64,000 nucleotides of DNA from IMG/VR virus record IMGVR_UViG_3300042478_002320, positions 14,884-78,883 of that record, one strand, 5' to 3'. The notes beneath the pieces were generated by a model. It was not told the origin of the DNA and made no database searches. It saw only the letters and a list, made by a program, of their open reading frames with translations. The position numbers and the translations under genes were made by a program. Source of the stretch: a virus. This document shows positions 28,951 to 36,855 of the stretch, in pieces (position 1 is the first letter of the stretch; every line of letters starts with the position of its first letter).

Positions 28951-29418
28951 ATGATTAATATCCTATCTTCAGTTTACAATCTTACTAAGACCAATAATGG
29001 TATGTTCAAATCTGAGAAACAAGCTAATTTCTTGATTTCTCAATTTAAAGCATATGATGACTTTGTAGGCTTCTCTCCAAACGGAAAACCTATATTCGTA
29101 GAATACGATGATAAGGGTATTATAAAGATGTACAAAGATTTAGCATCAAACAAAACTGATATTGTATTTGAAAGAGTCGTTGAAGGATCTCTCAACTCTG
29201 TTGAGTTGAAGACTCTTAAATGGTATAAAAGTAAGGTTAAGAAAATTCAAAAGAATTTAGATGAATCTATTGCATTCGCAGAAAAAAAAGGATTATCTAA
29301 CTATTCTGAATTTGAATTGGAGGTATATCACAGAAGTAGAGAAAGTGATAGAACTCGTATAGCCGAGCTTATGGAGTTAATCGATGGTTTAGAAAGTAAA
29401 ACAAACAAATTATTATGA
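28951..29418 (+). CDS. hypothetical protein
   Basis: ATG at 28951 lies downstream of the promoter; the track's start overlaps the promoter. Confidence 0.65.
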   Translation: MINILSSVYNLTKTNNGMFKSEKQANFLISQFKAYDDFVGFSPNGKPIFVEYDDKGIIKMYKDLASNKTDIVFERVVEGSLNSVELKTLKWYKSKVKKIQKNLDESIAFAEKKGLSNYSEFELEVYHRSRESDRTRIAELMELIDGLESKTNKLL

Positions 29419-29576
29419 TAAAGTATAAGATTGTAGATTGGATGAGTAATCATCTGTTCATTGATAAAGTATTTGACTCCTTTGAGGAGGGGTGGGATTT
29501 CCTGTATGAGCAGTTTCCTGATGAGGATAATTTTGATGACTATTATGTGGTACCTATTGAAAATGACGTATTATGA
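29415..29576 (+). CDS. small acidic protein (53 aa, not in ORF track)
   Basis: MIKYKIVDWMSNHLF..FDSFEEGWDFLYE; ATGA-coupled at both ends. Confidence 0.6.
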   Translation: MIKYKIVDWMSNHLFIDKVFDSFEEGWDFLYEQFPDEDNFDDYYVVPIENDVL

Positions 29577-29818
29577 AGGAAGTAGTAAATAATATAGTAA
29601 GTAGTCAAGTGGGTGAAGAAGTGTGGGATCAATTATATTACCAAGTAATCTTTCAGGTAGATGTTAAAGTATGGAATACAGTGAAGAGTCAAGTAGATAA
29701 TCAAATACTTAATTTAGTAAATCCTCAAATAGGGAGGCAAGTACGCATTCGGTTACAGGATAAACTAATGGAGCAATTAGCGAATCAAGTAGAAAATAAT
29801 TTAGAACAAAATATGTAG
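29573..29818 (+). CDS. array small ORF (QVW repeat)
   Basis: EVWDQL..QV..QV..KVWN. Confidence 0.75.
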   Translation: MKEVVNNIVSSQVGEEVWDQLYYQVIFQVDVKVWNTVKSQVDNQILNLVNPQIGRQVRIRLQDKLMEQLANQVENNLEQNM

Positions 29819-29821
29819 TCT

Positions 29822-30028
29822 ATGAATAACATAGGAAGTGACACAGGAAAGATAGTATGCGAACAAGTAGATACCGCAGTAAGATTTAAAATTCGTAATG
29901 GCATAGTTAATAGCCCTGTTTTCTATAAACTATGTGGTCTACTAAGTAGTAAACTGAGTATCGAATTATGGAATCAAACAACAAGTAGAGTAGTGAGTCA
30001 ATTAAGGATTTCAGTAAGAAACTTATAA
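29822..30028 (+). CDS. array small ORF
   Basis: ELWNQ...VRNL. Confidence 0.7.
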   Translation: MNNIGSDTGKIVCEQVDTAVRFKIRNGIVNSPVFYKLCGLLSSKLSIELWNQTTSRVVSQLRISVRNL

Positions 30029-30032
30029 ATTT

Positions 30033-30221
30033 ATGAAGAATATAGATAAGATGGTAGGAGATGTATTATACGATCAAGTTAGAGATGAGCTGAGAGTAAA
30101 CCAAAATAGTAAAGTAGATGTTAGGTTAAGTTTTCATCTGAGTGATAAACTATGGAATGCTACAAGAGGTCAGGTAATTTTGCAATTAAACAATATGCTT
30201 AAACGGAACTTAAAATTATGA
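30033..30221 (+). CDS. array small ORF
   Basis: DQVRD..KLWN..RNLKL. Confidence 0.7.
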   Translation: MKNIDKMVGDVLYDQVRDELRVNQNSKVDVRLSFHLSDKLWNATRGQVILQLNNMLKRNLKL

Positions 30222-30412
30222 GTAATGTAAATATGCATCAAGTAAAAGATAAAATATGGATTGAAATACATTATACATTACGTAATCAACTACGGAGAGA
30301 TGTAATGAATGTAGTTAAAAGTCATACTATATGGATTTATATATTGCATCAAGTACAGGATATAGTATGGGATCAAGTAAGAGATCGTATAGGACAAAAC
30401 TTTAAATTATAA
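30218..30412 (+). CDS. array small ORF
   Basis: IVWDQVRDRIGQNFKL. Confidence 0.75.
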   Translation: MSNVNMHQVKDKIWIEIHYTLRNQLRRDVMNVVKSHTIWIYILHQVQDIVWDQVRDRIGQNFKL

Positions 30413-30420
30413 AGAATATT

Positions 30421-30618
30421 ATGGTTGACCTGAGTAAGAAAATAAATGATGCAGTAAATCATATACCTAATAAATCTTATGATATATTATTTTTTAAAAT
30501 GAAAGAAGAAGTATTAGTAAATACATGGAATATACTAAGAGTTCAAACAAGAGATCAATTACGAATTAAAATGAGACTTCGGATAACTTTTGAAGTATTT
30601 AAAAACATAAAAGTATGA
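30421..30618 (+). CDS. array small ORF
   Basis: NTWN..RDQL..KNIKV. Confidence 0.65.
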   Translation: MVDLSKKINDAVNHIPNKSYDILFFKMKEEVLVNTWNILRVQTRDQLRIKMRLRITFEVFKNIKV

Positions 30619-30785
30619 GAAATATAACTGAAAGAATAAATTACAGACTAAAATATTTGGGAGATGGATTTCTTATGGATTTATGGGAATTAATATCCAA
30701 TAGATCATCAGATGACGTAAGGTTTAAGGTAAGAACTAAAGTATGTAATGTATACATAGATCAAGTAAAAAAGAATATGAAATGA
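30615..30785 (+). CDS. array small ORF (56 aa, not in ORF track)
   Basis: MRNITER...DLWE...DQVKKNMK; ATGA-coupled. Confidence 0.65.
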   Translation: MRNITERINYRLKYLGDGFLMDLWELISNRSSDDVRFKVRTKVCNVYIDQVKKNMK

Positions 30786-30919
30786 AAGGAGTTACTATTC
30801 ATATATGGAGTAGAGTATTAGATTTACGTAATAATTTACGAAAACCTATAGAAGATGAATTAAATGATCAGCTAAGTGCTCAGGTAGGAGTTCAACTTAG
30901 AAATTCCATAGTAGAATGA
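30782..30919 (+). CDS. array small ORF (45 aa, not in ORF track)
   Basis: MKGVTIHIWSRV...DQLSAQVGVQL; ATGA-coupled. Confidence 0.65.
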   Translation: MKGVTIHIWSRVLDLRNNLRKPIEDELNDQLSAQVGVQLRNSIVE

Positions 30920-31104
30920 AGAATTTGAATATAAAAATTGATGTTAAAGTTTGGGATCGAGTATATAGTGAAATAGAAAATGAAACAAACTATAAAGTAT
31001 CAGGTCAAGTATGCAAACAAGTAGGTGACCAAATAACTTTTCCAATACTAAATCAAGTACGGTTTCAAGTACGGAATCAAGTATCACAAAACGTAGAATT
31101 ATGA
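30916..31104 (+). CDS. array small ORF
   Basis: KVWDRV...QVRNQVSQNVEL. Confidence 0.75.
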   Translation: MKNLNIKIDVKVWDRVYSEIENETNYKVSGQVCKQVGDQITFPILNQVRFQVRNQVSQNVEL

Positions 31105-31289
31105 AAAGAGTACAAAGTATTATGAATACTGAAACTATAAGTAAATTTTGGATTATTATAGAGCTTTCAGTATGTGAACAAGCAAGTAACGAAGTAAAGG
31201 TCAGAACGAGTGGTGAATTAATTGATCCTATAAATAATGAATTAGGCACTCAATTGTGGAGTCAAATAAAACAAAACGTAAAGTTATGA
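31101..31289 (+). CDS. array small ORF
   Basis: QLWSQIKQNVKL. Confidence 0.75.
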   Translation: MKRVQSIMNTETISKFWIIIELSVCEQASNEVKVRTSGELIDPINNELGTQLWSQIKQNVKL

Positions 31290-31477
31290 AGAGTGTAAGA
31301 AATGTAGTAAGTAGTAGAATAAGAATCAAAGTAAAAGGTAAGATATGGAGTACTATAGGCATTCAAGCAAGGGACTTAGTAGAAGCTAAAATAGGAAGTA
31401 GTGTAAGAGGACAAATATTTGATTCATTGTATATTGATGTGCAAGAAAACATAGACTATGAATATACTAAAAAATAG
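31286..31477 (+). CDS. array small ORF
   Basis: MKSVRNVV...KIWST; start at the junction motif. Confidence 0.7.
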   Translation: MKSVRNVVSSRIRIKVKGKIWSTIGIQARDLVEAKIGSSVRGQIFDSLYIDVQENIDYEYTKK

Positions 31478-31646
31478 AGTAAATACTCAAGTATGTATTC
31501 AGGTAGGGGATAACTGTAAGACACAGGCATCTCAAAAATTATGGGATCAAGTAAGTAGTCGAGTATGGGGTTGTGTAAAAAGAGAAGTGTGGGGTTGTGT
31601 AAGTAGAGAAGTACGAATGCAGGTAAAACAAAACATAAAGTTATGA
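31458..31646 (+). CDS. array small ORF
   Basis: LWDQV..RVWGCV..VKQNIKL. Confidence 0.75.
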   Translation: MNILKNRVNTQVCIQVGDNCKTQASQKLWDQVSSRVWGCVKREVWGCVSREVRMQVKQNIKL

Positions 31647-31867
31647 AGAGCGTAAGTGAAGAAGTAAGCACTAAAGTGAATGATCAGATAACTGATGTAG
31701 TAAGCATTAAAGTAAGAAATAATCTATGGGGTCAAGAGGTGATTCATGTAGGTTTTGAAATACGCAATGAAGTATGGCATCAAGTTGGAAATAAAATACA
31801 CAGTCAAGTACGCATTCAGGTATGTAATAGAGTAATGGTTCAATTACAACAAAACATAAAGTTATGA
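31643..31867 (+). CDS. array small ORF
   Basis: EVWHQV...QQNIKL. Confidence 0.75.
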   Translation: MKSVSEEVSTKVNDQITDVVSIKVRNNLWGQEVIHVGFEIRNEVWHQVGNKIHSQVRIQVCNRVMVQLQQNIKL

Positions 31868-32088
31868 ATAATATAGAAAAAAAAGTATGGGATCAAGTAA
31901 GTAATCAAGTAAGGAATCAGGTAAGTAATCAAGTAAGTGAGCAAACAACTATTTCAATATGGAATGAAATAAATAATCAAGTAAGTGGTCAAATATGGAA
32001 TCAAGTAAATAATCAAGTAAGTGAAAAAGTGATAGATCAACTATGGAATGAATTTTTAAATAGATTTAAACAAAACATAAAGTTATGA
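31864..32088 (+). CDS. array small ORF (strong QV repeat)
   Basis: KVWDQVSNQVRNQVSNQV...KQNIKL. Confidence 0.8.
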   Translation: MNNIEKKVWDQVSNQVRNQVSNQVSEQTTISIWNEINNQVSGQIWNQVNNQVSEKVIDQLWNEFLNRFKQNIKL

Positions 32089-32279
32089 ATAATGTTAGTT
32101 ATAAGGTTGGACAGAAACAAGGACATGAAGTACTCAGTGGAGTAGGTGGAAAAATTTGGGAAGCTGATAAAGTATCAAAATCAGTAGTAGTTAAACTATA
32201 TGTTCAAATAAATCAACAATTAGTAACTGAGATGGGAGAGAAATTTGTGAGGCAACTATTACGAAACCTAAAGTTATGA
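32085..32279 (+). CDS. array small ORF
   Basis: KIWE...RNLKL. Confidence 0.7.
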   Translation: MNNVSYKVGQKQGHEVLSGVGGKIWEADKVSKSVVVKLYVQINQQLVTEMGEKFVRQLLRNLKL

Positions 32280-32443
32280 AGAGTGTAAAAGGTGGGGTAG
32301 AAGATAAAATACAAAAACAATTACTATACCTAATGCAAGACAGAATAGGAAATCAAGCATGGAGTCAAACGAGGCAGCATCTAAGTATTCAGGTGACGAT
32401 GCAATTGAGATGGAATCGAGTAGAACAAAACATAAAGTTATGA
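32276..32443 (+). CDS. array small ORF (55 aa, not in ORF track)
   Basis: MKSVKGGV...NQAWSQTRQHL...VEQNIKL. Confidence 0.7.
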   Translation: MKSVKGGVEDKIQKQLLYLMQDRIGNQAWSQTRQHLSIQVTMQLRWNRVEQNIKL

Positions 32444-32721
32444 AGAATATACAGAAACAAGTATCATTTCCATGTGATCAAGTATGGGTTAATTTAAGAG
32501 TTCGCATTCGAAGTACGTCAGGGAATGGAATAGAAAGAAAAGTGAGTGATGTAGTAAGTCATCAAGTGGTTAATTTAGTGACTAATAGAATGGTAGATCA
32601 TGTACGGTATCATGTACGGGATCATGTACGGTATCATGTACGGTATCATGTACGGGATTATGTACGGGATCATGTACGGGATTATGTACGGGATCATGTA
32701 GCACAAAATACTAATTTATGA
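32440..32721 (+). CDS. array small ORF with (D/Y)HVR repeats
   Basis: start at the junction motif (32440), not the track's 32359. Confidence 0.75.
   Translation: MKNIQKQVSFPCDQVWVNLRVRIRSTSGNGIERKVSDVVSHQVVNLVTNRMVDHVRYHVRDHVRYHVRYHVRDYVRDHVRDYVRDHVAQNTNL
32596..32700 (+). repeat. 12-nt tandem repeat (g/t)at(c/t)atgtacgg, about 8.75 copies
   Basis: directly visible. Confidence 0.9.
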
Positions 32722-32909
32722 AGAGTGTGAGGAGTCATATATGTAATCAAGTGGCTGATAAACTATGTAGTCAAACAAGTACTCAAGTAAGGTTTCATGT
32801 ATCTAAAAAATTATGGGATCAAACAAGACAGTATTTAAGTACTCAAGTGAGAATGCAAGTACGGGTTTACATACGTATGGAAATACCTATGCAGATAAAA
32901 AAAATATAA
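32718..32909 (+). CDS. array small ORF
   Basis: KLWDQTRQYL..QVRMQV. Confidence 0.75.
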   Translation: MKSVRSHICNQVADKLCSQTSTQVRFHVSKKLWDQTRQYLSTQVRMQVRVYIRMEIPMQIKKI

Positions 32910-32913
32910 AGTT

Positions 32914-33090
32914 ATGAAGAATGTTAGGTACGAAGTATGGAGTAGATTATGGGGTAAAGTGGTAAGTCGCTTATGGAGTGAAAAAAATGGTATGGTGTAT
33001 AATCAAGTATGGAATCAAGTTGGAGAGAGTATACATGAACAATTATCAAATCAAATTTCGGAACGAGTATCACAAAACATAAAGTTATGA
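32914..33090 (+). CDS. array small ORF (58 aa, not in ORF track)
   Basis: MKNVRYEVWSRLWG...NQVWNQV...VSQNIKL. Confidence 0.75.
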   Translation: MKNVRYEVWSRLWGKVVSRLWSEKNGMVYNQVWNQVGESIHEQLSNQISERVSQNIKL

Positions 33091-33305
33091 AGGATATGAG
33101 AAGTAAAGTAAGGGAGCAGATAGGAATTAGAATAGTGGATATAGTAGAAGTTAAAGTGTGGAATCAAGTATGGAGTACTATAGGCAATCAAGTATGGAAC
33201 CAAGTAGTGAGGCAAGTACTGACTCAAGCAAGAAATCAATTGAAACCTCAAGTAATTAACGATGTAAAACAAAATGTAAAATTATCAAAATTAAATTCAC
33301 TTTAA
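33087..33305 (+). CDS. array small ORF
   Basis: KVWNQVWST.GNQVWNQV...KQNVKL. Confidence 0.75.
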   Translation: MKDMRSKVREQIGIRIVDIVEVKVWNQVWSTIGNQVWNQVVRQVLTQARNQLKPQVINDVKQNVKLSKLNSL

Positions 33306-33471
33306 TGTATTTTGTAAAACCATAGTTATGAAAGACCTGTACCCTTGAGAAACTCGTATTAGATATCATAAGTTAGGTATTGAGATAAGCAGGTCATCTC
33401 CGATATAAAAGGGTATTAGAATAAGGAGATATTTTATAATAAAGTAATTAAAAAAATTTTGGGAGCAGAAC

Positions 33472-33502
33472 TTGACATTTCCAACATAACTCAGTATATT
33501 TG
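33472..33502 (+). promoter_or_regulatory. Bacteroidetes sigma-A promoter
   Basis: TTG-N20-TATATTTG. Confidence 0.7.
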
Positions 33503-33519
33503 CAAAAACAAAAAAACAT

Positions 33520-34017
33520 ATGTCAAACATACCCACCTCCCCACAATCCTTAATCAGGTCATTACCTGATTCTCTAAAAGAATTACTGTTTAAGCAATGG
33601 AATGCTAAACAGAATCCAACATGGCATCCTGAAGGAAATACCTTAAAGCATATCATTGTAGTTTTGAAGAGAGCATACCACAAGTATACAGATGATCCTA
33701 ATATGATTATGGCAGCATTGTTCCATGACTTAGGTAAGATGGATACTTATGCTATAAATCCTAAAACAGGACAACCTACTGCATATGGACATGAGCATAA
33801 GTCAGCTGATTATGTTATTCAGTATCAAGATTGGATTTTAGCTTATGATGGAACTGACATAGAAACTATACACTTTATAGTTAAGAATCATATGTTGGTG
33901 AAATATCCTAATGCAATAATTGAATCTATGAGACTATCTAAGCGTATACCTATAGAGAATCATAAATCATTTGATAAACTAATATTCTTTTCTACGATTG
34001 ATAAGGGTGGTATATAA
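33520..34017 (+). CDS. HD-domain phosphohydrolase (resembles the HD domain of CCA-adding enzymes)
   Basis: QNPTWHPEGNTLKH, ALFHDLGK, GHE..SA, KNHM. Confidence 0.85.
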   Translation: MSNIPTSPQSLIRSLPDSLKELLFKQWNAKQNPTWHPEGNTLKHIIVVLKRAYHKYTDDPNMIMAALFHDLGKMDTYAINPKTGQPTAYGHEHKSADYVIQYQDWILAYDGTDIETIHFIVKNHMLVKYPNAIIESMRLSKRIPIENHKSFDKLIFFSTIDKGGI

Positions 34018-34042
34018 GTGTTAAAAACTAAAACATAAAGTT

Positions 34043-34195
34043 ATGAAGAATGTAGGCAAACAAGTATGGAAGCAATTAAGTAATCAAGTAAGGAATCAGG
34101 TAAGTAATCAAGTATGGAGTCAAGTGAGGAATCAAGTATGGGATCGAGTATGGGAGCAAGTAGAGAATCAAGTAAAACAAAATATAAAGTTATGA
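34043..34195 (+). CDS. array small ORF, near-pure QV repeat (50 aa, not in ORF track)
   Basis: MKNVGKQVWKQLSNQVRNQVSNQVWSQVRNQVWDRVWEQVENQVKQNIKL. Confidence 0.8.
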   Translation: MKNVGKQVWKQLSNQVRNQVSNQVWSQVRNQVWDRVWEQVENQVKQNIKL

Positions 34196-34392
34196 AGGAT
34201 GTAAGTGAAAAAATAAGTGATAAAATAGGTGGTAAAATAAGTAGTAAAGTATGGAAAGATGTATGGAACCAAGTATCGAAGGAAGTACAGAGTCAAGTAA
34301 AAGATAAAGTACGTATTCTATTAGGGGAGCAAGTAGAGAATCAAGTATGGGATCAAATAAGTACTATAGTAAGTAATAATGTAATGTTATGA
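34192..34392 (+). CDS. array small ORF
   Basis: MKDVSEK...KVWKDVWNQV; start at the junction motif. Confidence 0.75.
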   Translation: MKDVSEKISDKIGGKISSKVWKDVWNQVSKEVQSQVKDKVRILLGEQVENQVWDQISTIVSNNVML

Positions 34393-34631
34393 AAAATGTA
34401 AAAGGACAAGTATGGAATCAATTAACTGATCAAGTATATAATCAAGTACAGAATCAAGTATGGAACCAAGTAGTGAGGCAAGTATGGTATCAAGTAGAAA
34501 TTCAAGTATGGGATCAAGTAAGTAATCAAGTAGATGATCAAGTAAGTGATCAAGTAGAGATTCAAGTAGATGATCAAGTATGGGCACAAATAAGTGATGA
34601 AGTACGTAACCAACTAAAACAAACATATTAA
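34389..34631 (+). CDS. array small ORF, near-pure QV repeat
   Basis: QVWNQLTDQVYNQVQNQVWNQV... Confidence 0.8.
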   Translation: MKNVKGQVWNQLTDQVYNQVQNQVWNQVVRQVWYQVEIQVWDQVSNQVDDQVSDQVEIQVDDQVWAQISDEVRNQLKQTY

Positions 34632-34632
34632 T

Positions 34633-34905
34633 ATGAAATCACTAAATAACCAAGTACGTGACCAACTATTAAATCAAATACGTGGTCAATTAAATAAACA
34701 TGTATTTGATAACGTAATTGTTCATCTACATCTTCAAATAAGTAATAAATTATGGGCACAAATAAGTGATGAGGTAAATGTTCAATTAAAACGTAATATT
34801 ACTGACCAATTACGTGTTAATTTACATGAACAAATATGGAATCGAGTAAGTGGTCAAGTGATTAATCAAGTATATAATCAAGTAAAACAAAACATAAAGT
34901 TATGA
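34633..34905 (+). CDS. array small ORF
   Basis: KLWAQISDEV...QVKQNIKL. Confidence 0.75.
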   Translation: MKSLNNQVRDQLLNQIRGQLNKHVFDNVIVHLHLQISNKLWAQISDEVNVQLKRNITDQLRVNLHEQIWNRVSGQVINQVYNQVKQNIKL

Positions 34906-35123
34906 AAAACGAAAACACCGATATAAGGTCTATTGTACGCAATGACATCATAGATTGTTTATGGGAAACTTTAGGAGAACGAATGGATGCAGATGATTCA
35001 GACAAAGCTTCCTTAACTATAGTTAACAATGAACGTATGCGTATGAGGTTTGATCAATTGAAAAATTCTATTAGTTTTCAAATTAACCTTAAAATATCTG
35101 AAAGCAAATCAAAAATTCAGTAA
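34902..35123 (+). CDS. array small ORF (divergent)
   Basis: coupled via the junction motif; CLWE. Confidence 0.6.
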   Translation: MKNENTDIRSIVRNDIIDCLWETLGERMDADDSDKASLTIVNNERMRMRFDQLKNSISFQINLKISESKSKIQ

Positions 35124-35141
35124 ACAACAAAACATAAAGTT

Positions 35142-35405
35142 ATGAAAAATCAAAATCAGGTAGGATCCATTTACCTAAACGGTACAGTAGACGTAGCTGT
35201 AGACATTGACAACAGTTATATCAAAATTCATATTGTAAACAATAAAACTAAAGAACTTATTGAAGGCTGCCACTTTCACTATAGTTCAGATAAGCTGAAT
35301 AGGGATCTAAAAAACGATATAAGGAAATACCTTATCGACACAACTTCGAGTAATAGCTATGCTGATACTATTATACATAATATAGTAAATCAGCTTAAAA
35401 AATAA
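35142..35405 (+). CDS. hypothetical protein
   Basis: 87 aa; non-repeat but preceded by the array junction motif. Confidence 0.65.
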   Translation: MKNQNQVGSIYLNGTVDVAVDIDNSYIKIHIVNNKTKELIEGCHFHYSSDKLNRDLKNDIRKYLIDTTSSNSYADTIIHNIVNQLKK

Positions 35406-35427
35406 TTATATCATCGGTTTTCTTAGG

Positions 35428-35456
35428 GTGGGGGAGTCAGCTTCCCCACTTTTTTT
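35428..35456 (+). terminator. intrinsic terminator ending the + strand array
   Basis: GTGGGGGAG-TCAG-CTTCCCCAC followed by a T-tract, at a convergent junction. Confidence 0.8.
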
Positions 35457-35522
35457 ATTTATTATTTGAGTATTCCGTATAAATCAACAAGTTTTATTTT
35501 TATCCCTATACACAAATATAAA

Positions 35523-36065
35523 TTAATATGGGTCATATTTAATTTCTTCAATAGTTATAGAATCATCATTAAATAATATATAATCATTTACACTACTTTT
35601 TAACCCATCTATACCATTATTAAATAAAAATGAAGATGCTTTTTTATCACTACCTAAAATTCTTGATAAAGTTTTATAAAATATAAAACCCGTATAAGAA
35701 AATTCAACAACTTCATCAGATTTTTTATTATAGTCATTAAGTGCTTCTACAATTTTATTAACTATATATTCTTCAACAGGTTCCTTTAGATCTAATAAAA
35801 AGTATTCTTTTTTATTATTAAAAAGTTTTACTTTATATATGTAATCACCATACTGTTTATTTGGTATATTTTCTGAAAAATAAAGTCCATATCCATATCT
35901 TTGCCTATTACCATCAGCACTAATATTTGATATATTAAACTTATTAAACATTTTTGGACTTCTATGATAAGCTATTATTTCTTCCGTAAATTGATTGGTT
36001 TTCTCATTCAAATATTCTCGGATTGTTTCATTTGTAATTGTTTCAAGAATGGTTTTGAGTTTCAT
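35523..36065 (-). CDS. ADP-ribosyltransferase-like protein (ART-PolyVal-like)
   Basis: AYHRS..FNKF...YGYGLYFSE, YG.YIYKV, GIDG...YILF. Confidence 0.6.
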   Translation of the reverse strand: MKLKTILETITNETIREYLNEKTNQFTEEIIAYHRSPKMFNKFNISNISADGNRQRYGYGLYFSENIPNKQYGDYIYKVKLFNNKKEYFLLDLKEPVEEYIVNKIVEALNDYNKKSDEVVEFSYTGFIFYKTLSRILGSDKKASSFLFNNGIDGLKSSVNDYILFNDDSITIEEIKYDPY

Positions 36066-36096
36066 ATAGAGGTATATATACTTTAATAATCTAAAA

Positions 36097-36405
36097 CTAC
36101 TTCATTGTAGTTGTTTTCTTACTAAAATCTGTCTTGTATATAGTATTTAAAATATCATCAATATCTAATTTATTTTCTCCCGATAAATATTTTACACTTA
36201 TGTCCCTCTTATTATACTTGTATTTGAATGGAGCATCTTTCGTAGATTTAATAGAAACGTCAGATGTGAGCCCTCCTGATCCCATATCATAGTCCATAGA
36301 AGGTTTAGATATATTGATATCTATAAATTTCTTAAAAGTTTCAAAATCATATTCTGATAACTTTCTCTCTGTTAACACACTTGCTAATCCTGCTAATCTT
36401 ATCAT
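36097..36405 (-). CDS. hypothetical protein, putative virion internal protein
   Basis: MIRLAGLASVLTE leader; TATTTATA at 36420-36427. Confidence 0.6.
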   Translation of the reverse strand: MIRLAGLASVLTERKLSEYDFETFKKFIDINISKPSMDYDMGSGGLTSDVSIKSTKDAPFKYKYNKRDISVKYLSGENKLDIDDILNTIYKTDFSKKTTTMK

Positions 36406-36754
36406 TTTTTTTGTTTTACTATAAATATCAAATTATATAATAAAAAGTTAAGTATGCTGAACATTTATGCATAATTAAAATATAAAGAATATAATTGCAA
36501 ATCAGGAGAAGGTAGAGATGGGATGGAGGAAATGAGGAGGGGGGAGGGTAGGCTTAACATACTTTTGAAAGTGTCTGTCTAACACCCTAATCCCCCAATA
36601 AAAAAAATTGACCTCGATATGAAAACGTATCTGCCCAAGATCCGGCCCTGCCCCCCTCCCTATAACCACGAAACCCCCCTACCTCCCCCTATTTTTAAAC
36701 GTCGGATCCCTTGCTGCCATTGAGTCCTATCGTTTAAAAATTAAATCTGTATTT

Positions 36755-36855
36755 TTAAATATTGGTATATTTAAATATTGATTTCTTAAATATTGAATTC
36801 TTAAATATTCATTTTTTAAATATAGCATTCTTAAATATTGTATTTTTAAATATTG
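36755..36855. repeat. 15-bp-period repeats with TTAAATAT(T/A)(G/C) core, 7 copies
   Basis: copies at 36755, 36771, 36786, 36801, 36816, 36831 and 36846. Confidence 0.85.

Larger units (their letters stand above)
31085..35145 (+). repeat. dispersed junction repeat ACAAAACATAAAGTTATGA
   Basis: exact copies at about 31628, 31849, 32070, 32425, 33072, 34887 and 35127; near-exact copies at about 31086, 31271, 32261, 32899, 34028 and 34177. Confidence 0.85.

Noticed and set aside
32359-34191. Track N-terminal extensions of ORFs at 31256, 32359 and 34114 (MES...TK.KV)
   Set aside because: Out-of-frame readings of the upstream array units; true starts are at the junction ATGs (31286, 32440, 34192)
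30944-34626. Minus-strand ORFs with LLD/YL repeats (30944, 31456, 33051, 34387, 34422)
   Set aside because: Antisense shadows of the 12-nt QV repeats; the + strand ORFs carry coupling and initiation signals
29573-35145. CRISPR array interpretation of the recurring junction motif
   Set aside because: Spacing is 140-280 nt, the intervening DNA is open coding and itself repetitive, the repeat is not palindromic, and no cas genes are present
25039-35405. Diversity-generating retroelement driving the array
   Set aside because: No reverse transcriptase in the window and no TR/VR pair with adenine-specific differences was seen
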